A stretch of DNA of 64,000 bases from a virus. Each line of letters begins with the position of its first letter. The stretch's first letter is position 1. Below, one piece after another: positions 1 to 7,571 of this stretch. A program made the translations under genes and the position numbers. A model generated the notes under the pieces. It was not told the DNA's origin, made no database searches, and saw nothing but the letters and a program-made list of their open reading frames with translations. The DNA lies in IMG/VR virus record IMGVR_UViG_3300021168_000494, positions 3,304 to 67,303 of that record; one strand, written 5' to 3'.

Positions 1-64
1 AGAGATGGACGCTGGTTTTTGGTGGTATCGTAGGCGAGCACAGCAGGACCAACATCGGGGGAAT

Positions 65-1528
65 ATGAAGAAGCCGAAACCGCTTGAGAAAATCTCCGAT
101 TTAAAACCGGACCGAACTAATGCCAACAGGGGTACGGACAGAGGGCGAAAGATGGTTGCGGAATCTCTGGCCAAGTACGGCGCCGGTCGGTCGGTGCTCG
201 TGGATCGCAACGGCCACATCATCGCTGGCAACAAGACCGTGGTGGCGGCCGGCGAACGCGAAATACAGGTCGTGCAATCCGATGGGAAGAAGCTCGTCGT
301 CGTTCAGCGCACCGACCTTGAGATGAATTCAAAGGAAGCGCGCGAGTTGGCGATCGCCGATAATCGCGCAGCGGAGGTCGGACTCGACTGGGATATCGAC
401 GTCCTCAAATCCCTCGACGTGAATCTGCCGGCATTCTGGACAGAAGCGGAACTGCGGAAGCTGATCGGTGAAGACGCACCGCTCGAGGGACCCGACGCCA
501 GGATGGATGAGGCCGAGGCCCTGCGGATCAAATGGCAAACCGCGCCAAACCAGCTTTGGTTCATCCCACCGGATCACACGCTTTACTGCGGCGATGCTGC
601 GAAGTTCGATGACTGGAAATTAGTGTTCGGTGATCGGCGTGCGGAGATGTGCTTCACAGACCCACCGTGGAACGTGGGCATCGGCCAGGACAGTAACCCA
701 CAGCATCGCCAACGCGCTGGCCTTCGCAATGACCGTCTACCGGCCGAAGATTTCCAGGTGATGATCAATTCCGCAGTGGACCAGATCCAAAAATTCAGCA
801 AGGGCGACGTCTATCTCGTGCTTGGAGCCAGCGAATGGCCCATGCTCGACGGAGTGATGCGCGGCCACGGATTTCACTGGTCGTCGACGATTATTTGGGT
901 CAAGGATTCCTTCGTGATCGGGCGCAGCAAATATCACCAGCGATACGAGCCTGTGTGGTATGGCTGGCATACGAAAGGCAAAAGCACTTTCTGCGGTCTA
1001 AGGAACCTTGATAATGTGTGGGAAATCCCACGACCGAAAGCATCCGAGCAACACCCCACGATCAAACCCCTCGAGCTCGTCGCGCGCGCCATCAAGAACT
1101 CCTCCGCACCTGGCGACCTCGTCTGCGATCCATTCCTCGGCGCCGGCAGTACGATGGTCGCAGCCCACTCCCTTCAGCGCACCTGCTACGGTATCGAGAT
1201 AGAACCAAAGTACGTCGCCGTCACCCTTGAACGCCTTTCTGAAATGGGCCTTAGTCCCAAGCTGGTCGGCACTGGCCCCGAATTGGTGAAACATGCCCAA
1301 GAATCGCTCCAAGCCGCGCAAACCCCGCAAGCCTCGGGGAAATCCCCCACCCGCTCCACAAAGCCCCGCACAGGCCCAGGAAAGCCCAAATCCGGCCAAT
1401 CCCGTGGCAACAGGGGAGAAAACACGCGTAGTGTTGCCCACGGGCCAGGTAATGAGCCCGGAGTTCCTCGCGCAGCAGTGGAAACCGGGGCAAAGCGGAA
1501 ATCCGAACGGGCGGCCGCGGAAGATTAG
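65..1528 (+). CDS. ParB/Srx-like N-terminal domain fused to an N6-adenine/N4-cytosine DNA methyltransferase
   Basis: N-terminus has 'IIAGN..V..A' and 'LAIADNR..E' ParB-like motifs. The C-terminal half has catalytic TDPPW, 'HPTIKP' and SAM-binding 'DPFLGAGST..AA....R..YGIEIEP.Y'. ATG 65 follows GGGG. Confidence 0.9.
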   Translation: MKKPKPLEKISDLKPDRTNANRGTDRGRKMVAESLAKYGAGRSVLVDRNGHIIAGNKTVVAAGEREIQVVQSDGKKLVVVQRTDLEMNSKEARELAIADNRAAEVGLDWDIDVLKSLDVNLPAFWTEAELRKLIGEDAPLEGPDARMDEAEALRIKWQTAPNQLWFIPPDHTLYCGDAAKFDDWKLVFGDRRAEMCFTDPPWNVGIGQDSNPQHRQRAGLRNDRLPAEDFQVMINSAVDQIQKFSKGDVYLVLGASEWPMLDGVMRGHGFHWSSTIIWVKDSFVIGRSKYHQRYEPVWYGWHTKGKSTFCGLRNLDNVWEIPRPKASEQHPTIKPLELVARAIKNSSAPGDLVCDPFLGAGSTMVAAHSLQRTCYGIEIEPKYVAVTLERLSEMGLSPKLVGTGPELVKHAQESLQAAQTPQASGKSPTRSTKPRTGPGKPKSGQSRGNRGENTRSVAHGPGNEPGVPRAAVETGAKRKSERAAAED

Positions 1529-1847
1529 CGATCCGCTAGAAGAGTTCCTTGCCGGCGAAGTACCGAATGACCCGCAAAAACGCTCGTATTTGAAGGTTCT
1601 GATTGAGGCGGCCGTGAAGCGCGCGATCACGAAGAGCGATGCGCTGGTGCAGGAGATATTCAATCGCGTCGAGGGCAAAGTGACCCAGGCCGAGGACGAG
1701 AAAGCCGCTGCCGGCATGAAGGTGATCCTCATCGACATACCGCGACCGGATCGTTCGATGATAAACGTGACGCCTGGCCGGCCAATCGCTGCAGCAGGTG
1801 GTGGTCAGGCTGCGGAGGCTCCGGTGGACCCGCGGCCAAAGGACTAG
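1293..1847 (+). CDS. terS: Probable terminase small subunit (DUF5681-like)
   Basis: 'QWKPGQSGNPNGRP' motif, then a helical region ending 'IFNRVEGKV'; lies upstream of terL. Confidence 0.7.
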   Translation: MPKNRSKPRKPRKPRGNPPPAPQSPAQAQESPNPANPVATGEKTRVVLPTGQVMSPEFLAQQWKPGQSGNPNGRPRKISDPLEEFLAGEVPNDPQKRSYLKVLIEAAVKRAITKSDALVQEIFNRVEGKVTQAEDEKAAAGMKVILIDIPRPDRSMINVTPGRPIAAAGGGQAAEAPVDPRPKD

Positions 1848-1905
1848 GGTATATACTTCGCTCGGAAGTACGGTATATACTCTGCCCCTGCGGAGGGTTA
1901 GGGAA

Positions 1906-2091
1906 ATGAGTTATGACCAGCAATGCGAAGAACTGGCAAGGCATTTCCTCGAAGGTGTTACGGGGGAGGATCCAGAGCCCGGAGAAACCAGTGCTTTGGC
2001 TCAACACAAAAAAGTCACTGCTTTGGCTCAACACATCCAAGATGCCGTCGAGGATTGGTTTTCGGATCAGGCGCGGAAGAAGGAGGGCTGA
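1906..2091 (+). CDS. Hypothetical protein with an internal ALAQH duplication
   Basis: AGGG SD before ATG 1906; stop overlaps the next start (TGATG). Confidence 0.6.
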   Translation: MSYDQQCEELARHFLEGVTGEDPEPGETSALAQHKKVTALAQHIQDAVEDWFSDQARKKEG

Positions 2092-2330
2092 TGGGCAGAA
2101 CCGACTCATTCTCGACGCTAGAGGAACGGATTCAGTGGCTCCTGAAGCACCGGCACTTTCTTAGCGGCCGACCGAACAAACACAAGATCGTGCTCGCGAT
2201 GAAGTTTGACGGGCTGGTGTCCAAGCTGACGTACTGGCCCGACGTAAAGCTCGACGACGCGATCGAACAGGCGCGGCTGCGCTGGTACAAGGAAACCAAC
2301 GGTCGACCGCTGGTGGCGAGGCGCCCATGA
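2091..2330 (+). CDS. Hypothetical protein
   Basis: GGAGG SD; coupled to both neighbours. Confidence 0.6.
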   Translation: MGRTDSFSTLEERIQWLLKHRHFLSGRPNKHKIVLAMKFDGLVSKLTYWPDVKLDDAIEQARLRWYKETNGRPLVARRP

Positions 2331-2521
2331 ACGAGCAAATCATCGTGATTCCTGGTAATCCGGACGAACGCGGACTCGTGGCGATCTGGTCCGATACCCG
2401 ACCGCATCCGTCCCATTGCTGGCTCCGCGCAGCCCAACAACATCTTCCACTTCAAGAACGTGAACTATTTCCAGCAACTCGAGTCCGCAGCGACCTGCTG
2501 GCACATGGCCGAGGCGATTAA
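2327..2521 (+). CDS. Hypothetical protein, possibly frameshifted
   Basis: GAGG SD and ATGA overlap. Phage-like codon usage seems to move to another frame near 2400 and continue to 2630. Confidence 0.35.
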   Translation: MNEQIIVIPGNPDERGLVAIWSDTRPHPSHCWLRAAQQHLPLQERELFPATRVRSDLLAHGRGD

Positions 2522-2639
2522 CAGGATCCCGCGTCCACCTCGGCGTGCGATTGACTGGGGATGGGGCAAGGGATGGCCCGGATGGCGAACACGAGGCAAC
2601 GTGGGAGTGGCACGACCCCGAGGAAGATGAGGAGCCAAA

Positions 2640-2876
2640 ATGAAAACAACTGAGTTCTTTATCAGAGTGACGATGGAAGATGACGAATCGTCGGCGCAGG
2701 TCAACATAGGTGCGCATCCGAGCCCACCGCGCCTCGCCGCACTGATGGTGGCTGCCGAACACCTAGCTAACGCGATGGCGATGGAGGGCGCGGACTACGA
2801 GAAGTCCCTTCAACTACTCTGTGAGGGCGCGCGGAAAGCAAAAGTGCTGATCAGCCACGGACATGAAACGTCGTGA
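2640..2876 (+). CDS. Hypothetical protein
   Basis: GAGGAG SD; GTGA overlap with the next gene. Confidence 0.6.
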   Translation: MKTTEFFIRVTMEDDESSAQVNIGAHPSPPRLAALMVAAEHLANAMAMEGADYEKSLQLLCEGARKAKVLISHGHETS

Positions 2877-3091
2877 CGATCCTGAATTCTAATTCGCTCC
2901 GCGACAACGCGCCGAAGCTGGTGCCGGGATCCCGCTGGCGTACCCGCGCACGACCACACAAATACGTCGAACTCGTTTCTGCAGAGCCTGGCGTCGTCAC
3001 GATCCGCGGCCAGTATCGACAGCGGAAGAATCCGAAGACCCGCAAGGTGAGCCGCTATGGCTTCCTGCAGGTATTCGTGCCGGTGGAGTAG
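2873..3091 (+). CDS. Small basic hypothetical protein
   Basis: Coupled GTGA start; 'PGSRWR...VELV' beta-rich pattern. Confidence 0.55.
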   Translation: MTILNSNSLRDNAPKLVPGSRWRTRARPHKYVELVSAEPGVVTIRGQYRQRKNPKTRKVSRYGFLQVFVPVE

Positions 3092-3095
3092 AAGA

Positions 3096-3269
3096 ATGGA
3101 CGAGAAACAGTGGACGAGGATGCAAGACGCTATGGAGCGGAAGACCCCCACGAACGGGGAAGCGGCTCGCCGGCCCTACTGTGCGAAACACCATCGAGCG
3201 AAGATCGACATTGGAGGCGAGAAAAAGTGTCCAGACTGCGTTAAGGAGAAGACAAATGCATCGCCGTGA
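3096..3269 (+). CDS. Small zinc-finger-like protein
   Basis: GGAG SD; 'CAKH...CPDC'. Confidence 0.55.
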   Translation: MDEKQWTRMQDAMERKTPTNGEAARRPYCAKHHRAKIDIGGEKKCPDCVKEKTNASP

Positions 3270-4180
3270 GCCTATTTCCACGTTCTACCGCTGACTTCCT
3301 GAACGGTATATACTCCAACCCAATGGACCTGATTCAGATATCTGGAGTCGAGCACGACTTGATCCGGGTCTTTCCGGAGCGAAACAAATGGACACCCGAG
3401 GATGATTGGGCGTTCGTTGGCTTTCCTCCGTTCTTCCGACCGGGCACACCGGATACCCCAGTTCATATCAGCGTCACATTCACCTGGCACCGTAAACTCG
3501 CGCAGCAACTCGCTGGCAGTTGGAGGATGTATTACAAGAACGTTCGGATCGGTGGACCGGCCTATGATGATGAAGGTGGAGAGTTCATTCCCGGCCGATA
3601 CATGAAAAAAGGCTGCACAATCACGAGCCGCGGTTGCCCAAAGCGGTGCGGATGGTGCAAAGTTCCGTTTTCGGAGGGGCCTCTTCGCGAGATGAGCACG
3701 ATTCCGGCCGGTTGGATCATTCAGGACAATAATATTCTTGCGTGCAGCGAAGGCCATTTGGAAAAAGTGTTTGCCATGCTCCGAGAACAAAAACGAAACG
3801 TTTCTTTCAATGGTGGCCTCGACAAACACTATCTGAAACCGTGGCACGTAAAGTTATTTGAATCAGTTCCGGTCGATGAACTGTGGTTCGCGTGCGATCA
3901 GACAAAAGACTTCCCCGCTCTTGAGAAGGCCCGTGAACTATTGGACGGATTCCCGATGCGGAAACGGCGCTGTTACACCATGATCGGATATGACGATGAA
4001 ACGCTGGCTCAGGCCGAGCGCCGGATCGAACGCGTGTTTGAACTCGGCTTCATGCCTTTTTCGCAACTCTACCAACCACCGACGTTCGACATGCCCACCA
4101 AGATTTATGGCCTCGACTGGAAAGCAGTCAATCGAAAGTGGTCGCGCCCTGCAGCCTACATGAAAACTGTGGCTGGCTAG
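3266..4180 (+). CDS. Radical SAM protein
   Basis: 'TSRGCPKRCGWC' CxxxCxxC motif; 'IQDNNIL', 'FNGGLD', 'YTMIG'. Confidence 0.85.
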   Translation: MSLFPRSTADFLNGIYSNPMDLIQISGVEHDLIRVFPERNKWTPEDDWAFVGFPPFFRPGTPDTPVHISVTFTWHRKLAQQLAGSWRMYYKNVRIGGPAYDDEGGEFIPGRYMKKGCTITSRGCPKRCGWCKVPFSEGPLREMSTIPAGWIIQDNNILACSEGHLEKVFAMLREQKRNVSFNGGLDKHYLKPWHVKLFESVPVDELWFACDQTKDFPALEKARELLDGFPMRKRRCYTMIGYDDETLAQAERRIERVFELGFMPFSQLYQPPTFDMPTKIYGLDWKAVNRKWSRPAAYMKTVAG

Positions 4181-4196
4181 GGGTATATATTCTCCA

Positions 4197-4226
4197 TTGA
4201 CAACGGTATATACCCTCCTCTAGGAT
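4197..4226 (+). promoter_or_regulatory. Sigma70-like promoter, leaderless onto GTG 4234, with a GGTATATACC palindrome in the spacer
   Basis: TTGACA 4197-4202, 18-nt spacer, TAGGAT 4221-4226; GTG 7 nt downstream with no SD. Confidence 0.6.
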
Positions 4227-4233
4227 AATCCCC

Positions 4234-4638
4234 GTGAAAACGTTTCTGCTGAAGTTGGACGACGCAGTCCACAAACTCTGGCTGGCCTCATCTAAAAAAG
4301 CCGGCCTCTCGCTATCGGAATGGATCCGTGGCAACTGCAATAGGGCTCTCCCGGCCCAGGAAGCAAAGGTGAGAAATGGTACGCATCCGAGTAATCGAAC
4401 GGCGCCTTCCCCACGGGTGGGAAGTGCTCCTCGAAATAAACGGCGTGATCGGCCGCGCCGAGGAGATGCTGTGCCTCGAGGAAATGAACTCGCCGTATAT
4501 GCCGAAACCCAAGCCGGTCTCGGAAAAGGTCACCGTACTGCAACCGTGGATACGCCATCCGGAGTCGTTCATCACTGTAACCGGCCCACCTGCCGAATTT
4601 GCCAGTTCGCTCGAGAAGTAAAAGGATCGAAGAAATGA
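4234..4638 (+). CDS. Ribbon-helix-helix-like DNA-binding protein with an extended C-terminus
   Basis: 'KTFLLKLDDAVHKLW..SSKKAGLSLSEWIR' beta-alpha-alpha pattern; ends 'HC..PTCRIC'. Confidence 0.6.
   Translation: MKTFLLKLDDAVHKLWLASSKKAGLSLSEWIRGNCNRALPAQEAKVRNGTHPSNRTAPSPRVGSAPRNKRRDRPRRGDAVPRGNELAVYAETQAGLGKGHRTATVDTPSGVVHHCNRPTCRICQFAREVKGSKK
4376..4621 (+). CDS. Hypothetical protein nested in another frame of the RHH gene
   Basis: AAGGTGAG SD before ATG; globular-looking composition. Confidence 0.5.
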   Translation: MVRIRVIERRLPHGWEVLLEINGVIGRAEEMLCLEEMNSPYMPKPKPVSEKVTVLQPWIRHPESFITVTGPPAEFASSLEK

Positions 4639-4859
4639 CCCAGGTCGTCCAGCCCGAACGGTGCCGTGTCTGCGGATGTACGCCATTGGATGCGTGCGTG
4701 CTTCAAATCGGCCCCGATGAGACGATGGCTTGCCGTTGGTACGATCTCGATCACACTCTTTGCACGAATCCCCAGTGCGTCGGTACGATCCCCCTCGTCG
4801 AACTAGAGGCGATGCCGCTGATCCGGTTGGCTGTTGGTGGTTCGGTCGCCGGTGCCTGA
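4635..4859 (+). CDS. Cys-rich zinc-binding protein
   Basis: 'CRVCGCT..AC...C.W......LC..C', a common phage motif. Confidence 0.65.
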   Translation: MTQVVQPERCRVCGCTPLDACVLQIGPDETMACRWYDLDHTLCTNPQCVGTIPLVELEAMPLIRLAVGGSVAGA

Positions 4860-5049
4860 ACGTGCGCACTGCGAATGTCCGTTTGCTCGGTGCCATACGA
4901 CCTCGGATGCGCCGTGTCAAATATATTTTGATCATCTCGTTCCGATTAGATGGAAGGTGAACGGCAAGGTCAGAATCATTTGGGTGTGCGAGGCTTGCAG
5001 TGCGACGGTCGTGGCGCGCGGCTCCCAGGACCTCGAGAAGGTTTACTGA
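4852..5049 (+). CDS. Small Cys-rich hypothetical protein
   Basis: 'CEC...CH....C...VCEAC'; overlapping start. Confidence 0.5.
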   Translation: MPERAHCECPFARCHTTSDAPCQIYFDHLVPIRWKVNGKVRIIWVCEACSATVVARGSQDLEKVY

Positions 5050-5059
5050 AAGGAACGCT

Positions 5060-5248
5060 ATGAAGCTACCAGCTAAAATATTTGTGAAGTGGGAAGCTGA
5101 CGGCAGCGATCCGTTTCTGAACGCGAACACGACGAAGTCGGCGCTGGCCGATAAGGATGAAGCGGTTCGAATCGGCGAGTATCGGTTGGTCCGATCCTCG
5201 ACGGTGCATCTTAAGCCGGTGGAGACTGACCCGGAAAACCACTCGTGA
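5060..5248 (+). CDS. Hypothetical protein
   Basis: AAGGA SD. Confidence 0.55.
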   Translation: MKLPAKIFVKWEADGSDPFLNANTTKSALADKDEAVRIGEYRLVRSSTVHLKPVETDPENHS

Positions 5249-5331
5249 TCGAAGGCTACCCTGGCCAGAGTTTTTGGCACGAACACAACCCACGGATTCG
5301 CCGCGCCGAAGAGCGCTTCGAAAGGAGAAAC

Positions 5332-5550
5332 ATGGCAATCACCAAAGCGCAGTTAGAGAACTGGTTCACCTACCACAGCCCGAGCAAGGAGCAACTCCCG
5401 AAGTATGAGGCGATCCGCAACGCTGGCCTGAACCTCGCCGAGATCATCGTCGAGAACTCACCACCGAGCGCCGACCAGACCGCAGCCGTCCGGAAGGTTC
5501 GTGAGGCTTGCTTTACTGCCAATGCGGCTATAGCTTGTCAGGGCGAATGA
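5332..5550 (+). CDS. Small helical-hairpin protein, Acb2/Tad1-like candidate immune-signal sponge
   Basis: AAGGAG SD; 'FTYH.P..EQ..KY..IR.....LA..I....P.SA....A..K.RE....ANAAIA' hairpin pattern, recognised from memory of this family. Confidence 0.6.
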   Translation: MAITKAQLENWFTYHSPSKEQLPKYEAIRNAGLNLAEIIVENSPPSADQTAAVRKVREACFTANAAIACQGE

Positions 5551-5972
5551 CCTGTAGCGAATGCAAAGCCGACAAGGACGCGGATGATTTTTATGTTGAT
5601 CGTTCGCGTCCTCGCGGTAGAGTCGCCCGATGCAGACTCTGTTATTCGATTCGACAGAAATCAAACCGCATCGCAAAGCCAGAGCGGCGATTCTCGGAAG
5701 CGAAGTGCAACGCAGTGCGACGCGGAATTGAATGGCGGCTCACTTTCGAGGAGTATGTGGCGTGGCTTTGGAACGCAGACTGCTTTTACTGCGGGGAACC
5801 AGCGAAAGGTGGGATCGACCGGATGAACAATGAACTCCACTACGATGCCCACAACGCCCTTGCGTGCTGCAAGCTGTGCAACTCGATGAAGGGGAAAATG
5901 ACGATGCACCAATTCCTCGACCGGATTCAAAAGATCGTCGCTGCCACCTCGATGGTGGTCAACGGCGAATAG
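5547..5972 (+). CDS. HNH-type endonuclease
   Basis: 'CFYCG...GIDR.NN..Y..HN..ACC..CN.MKG' with an N-terminal CxxC...CxxC. Confidence 0.8.
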   Translation: MTCSECKADKDADDFYVDRSRPRGRVARCRLCYSIRQKSNRIAKPERRFSEAKCNAVRRGIEWRLTFEEYVAWLWNADCFYCGEPAKGGIDRMNNELHYDAHNALACCKLCNSMKGKMTMHQFLDRIQKIVAATSMVVNGE

Positions 5973-5982
5973 GAACACGGGG

Positions 5983-6078
5983 ATGGCGAGCGACAAACAA
6001 CGGGTGACTCTCCTGCTGGTGTTGCTCGCCGTTCTCGCAATCTGCATTTTCCTGGTAACGAGCGAGGCACAAAAATGA
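5983..6078 (+). CDS. 31-aa membrane peptide
   Basis: Single hydrophobic helix; ATGA overlap with the next gene (below the ORF-track length cut-off). Confidence 0.5.
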   Translation: MASDKQRVTLLLVLLAVLAICIFLVTSEAQK

Positions 6079-6467
6079 ACGCGCATCAAATCGAACTCGG
6101 CCTAGCAATAGCGTTGTTCTTGGCCTGTGTTGCGATCATCTGGCAAAACGGCATCATCGTTCGACTCCACAAAAAGAACGAAGCGCAGCGCCAACTCATC
6201 GAGGCGCAGCCAGCAAAGCCCGAACCGCCGCATAAGCCTTCGCGTATCCGCGTGTACGTGCCTGGAACGACGCCGGCATCGCATGTGGTGTACGGCTCGC
6301 GGTTGCAGTATGGCGATAACGGAAGGCTTGCGGTCGTCGACGAGGAAGACAAGCTGGCCGCATCGTTCGGCCCCGGGTGGATCGCTGCGATAGTCGAGCA
6401 GGAGCCCAAGACGACGGAACCGAATCCGCTCGAGCGACCGAAGCCAACGCCAAAAGAGGCCACATGA
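6075..6467 (+). CDS. Membrane-anchored hypothetical protein
   Basis: N-terminal transmembrane helix; GAGG SD. Confidence 0.6.
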   Translation: MNAHQIELGLAIALFLACVAIIWQNGIIVRLHKKNEAQRQLIEAQPAKPEPPHKPSRIRVYVPGTTPASHVVYGSRLQYGDNGRLAVVDEEDKLAASFGPGWIAAIVEQEPKTTEPNPLERPKPTPKEAT

Positions 6468-6820
6468 AGTTCCGCAAATTGCCGGTGGTCGTTGAGGTGG
6501 TCGTTGAGGCCACGCAGTGGTTCAAGAATGGCGATCATCCGCTCGATGCGTGCACGCTACTCCACGAGAAGTTTTTGAGCGAAGGAAAAATCGTTCGTTA
6601 TTTCCGGCGCCCTGATGTGCCCGGGGCTGTTCGCTGTAAGCACTGCGGCGAGACGATGCTCATTCACGGGTGGATCGACACGAAGGAAGGTGGCCACATC
6701 GTCTGCCCTGGCGATTGGATCATCACGGGGGTTGCCGGCGAGCACTATCCTTGCAAGCCGGATATTTTTGCGAAAACATATGAACGAGTCCCTATCGCGT
6801 CACCGGATTTGCAACCGTGA
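6464..6820 (+). CDS. Conserved phage protein of the 'GDWII.G..GE.YPCKPDIF..TYE' family, with a CxxC...H insert
   Basis: Family motif 'KFRKLPVV.EA.QW' through 'PCKPDIFAKTYE'. Confidence 0.75.
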   Translation: MKFRKLPVVVEVVVEATQWFKNGDHPLDACTLLHEKFLSEGKIVRYFRRPDVPGAVRCKHCGETMLIHGWIDTKEGGHIVCPGDWIITGVAGEHYPCKPDIFAKTYERVPIASPDLQP

Positions 6821-6945
6821 AGGCCCGGATCTACAAACGGCATCTGACGTGGTATCTCGAGGTGCCGAAGGTCGGGATGTGGCAAGCGAACGATTTTGAG
6901 GCGATATTTCGGCAGTGGCAGGGTTTTCTGAGGTGGGCGCAATGA
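6817..6945 (+). CDS. Small hypothetical protein
   Basis: GTGA and ATGA overlaps at both ends. Confidence 0.45.
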   Translation: MKARIYKRHLTWYLEVPKVGMWQANDFEAIFRQWQGFLRWAQ

Positions 6946-7193
6946 TCTATTTCACCACTCCCGACGAGAAGCACGTCCTGATCCTGAGCATCGACAACCT
7001 TGACCGTCTCCGCAAAGGCCAGCCACTCGCGAGCCCGGATTCAAAGGTGCTCGTCTGCTACACCCACGATATCGCGTGGTTTCGGAACGAACTCCTGCGA
7101 GAGTTCAACACGAACAACCGCACGATCGCCACGGCCAAACTCGACGAACTCCTACGCGAGGGATTGAAGCGACCGATTACCCGGGAGGAATGA
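6942..7193 (+). CDS. Hypothetical protein
   Basis: GAGGTGG SD; coupled. Confidence 0.55.
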   Translation: MIYFTTPDEKHVLILSIDNLDRLRKGQPLASPDSKVLVCYTHDIAWFRNELLREFNTNNRTIATAKLDELLREGLKRPITREE

Positions 7194-7486
7194 TGCCGAA
7201 GTGGAAGCCACGGGTACCGTTCCGCAACGCCCACGGGCGCCTCTATCGCAGCGTTGAAGTGAAGATCATCATCGGCGAAAAGGTCACGAAGCATCACAAG
7301 TCCGCGCCTCCTGGCCTAGGATTTACCGACCTGAATATCCGTGACGCCGCCGACGCGATGATCGAGCACCTCGAGAAGAAGTTTCCGGGCGTCGAGTTTC
7401 GGGAAGTGCAGATCGCTCCGAACGCGTTCAATTACATCGCGGAGGAGCCGAAAGAGGCCATTGAAGAAATTGGTGGCGAGAAGTAG
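7190..7486 (+). CDS. Hypothetical protein
   Basis: GGGAGG SD; coupled. Confidence 0.55.
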   Translation: MMPKWKPRVPFRNAHGRLYRSVEVKIIIGEKVTKHHKSAPPGLGFTDLNIRDAADAMIEHLEKKFPGVEFREVQIAPNAFNYIAEEPKEAIEEIGGEK

Positions 7487-7571
7487 ACTTCCCGAAGTGC
7501 CGGATGGATCCGGGGGCTGTAGTCCTGGGAGGGAAGGCAGCCCCTGGCGCATATCGTGTTAACCTTTCCCC

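Noticed and set aside
2400-2643. Programmed frameshift in the 2327 gene
   Set aside because: No slippery sequence is evident; it could be decay or an indel error and cannot be resolved by eye.
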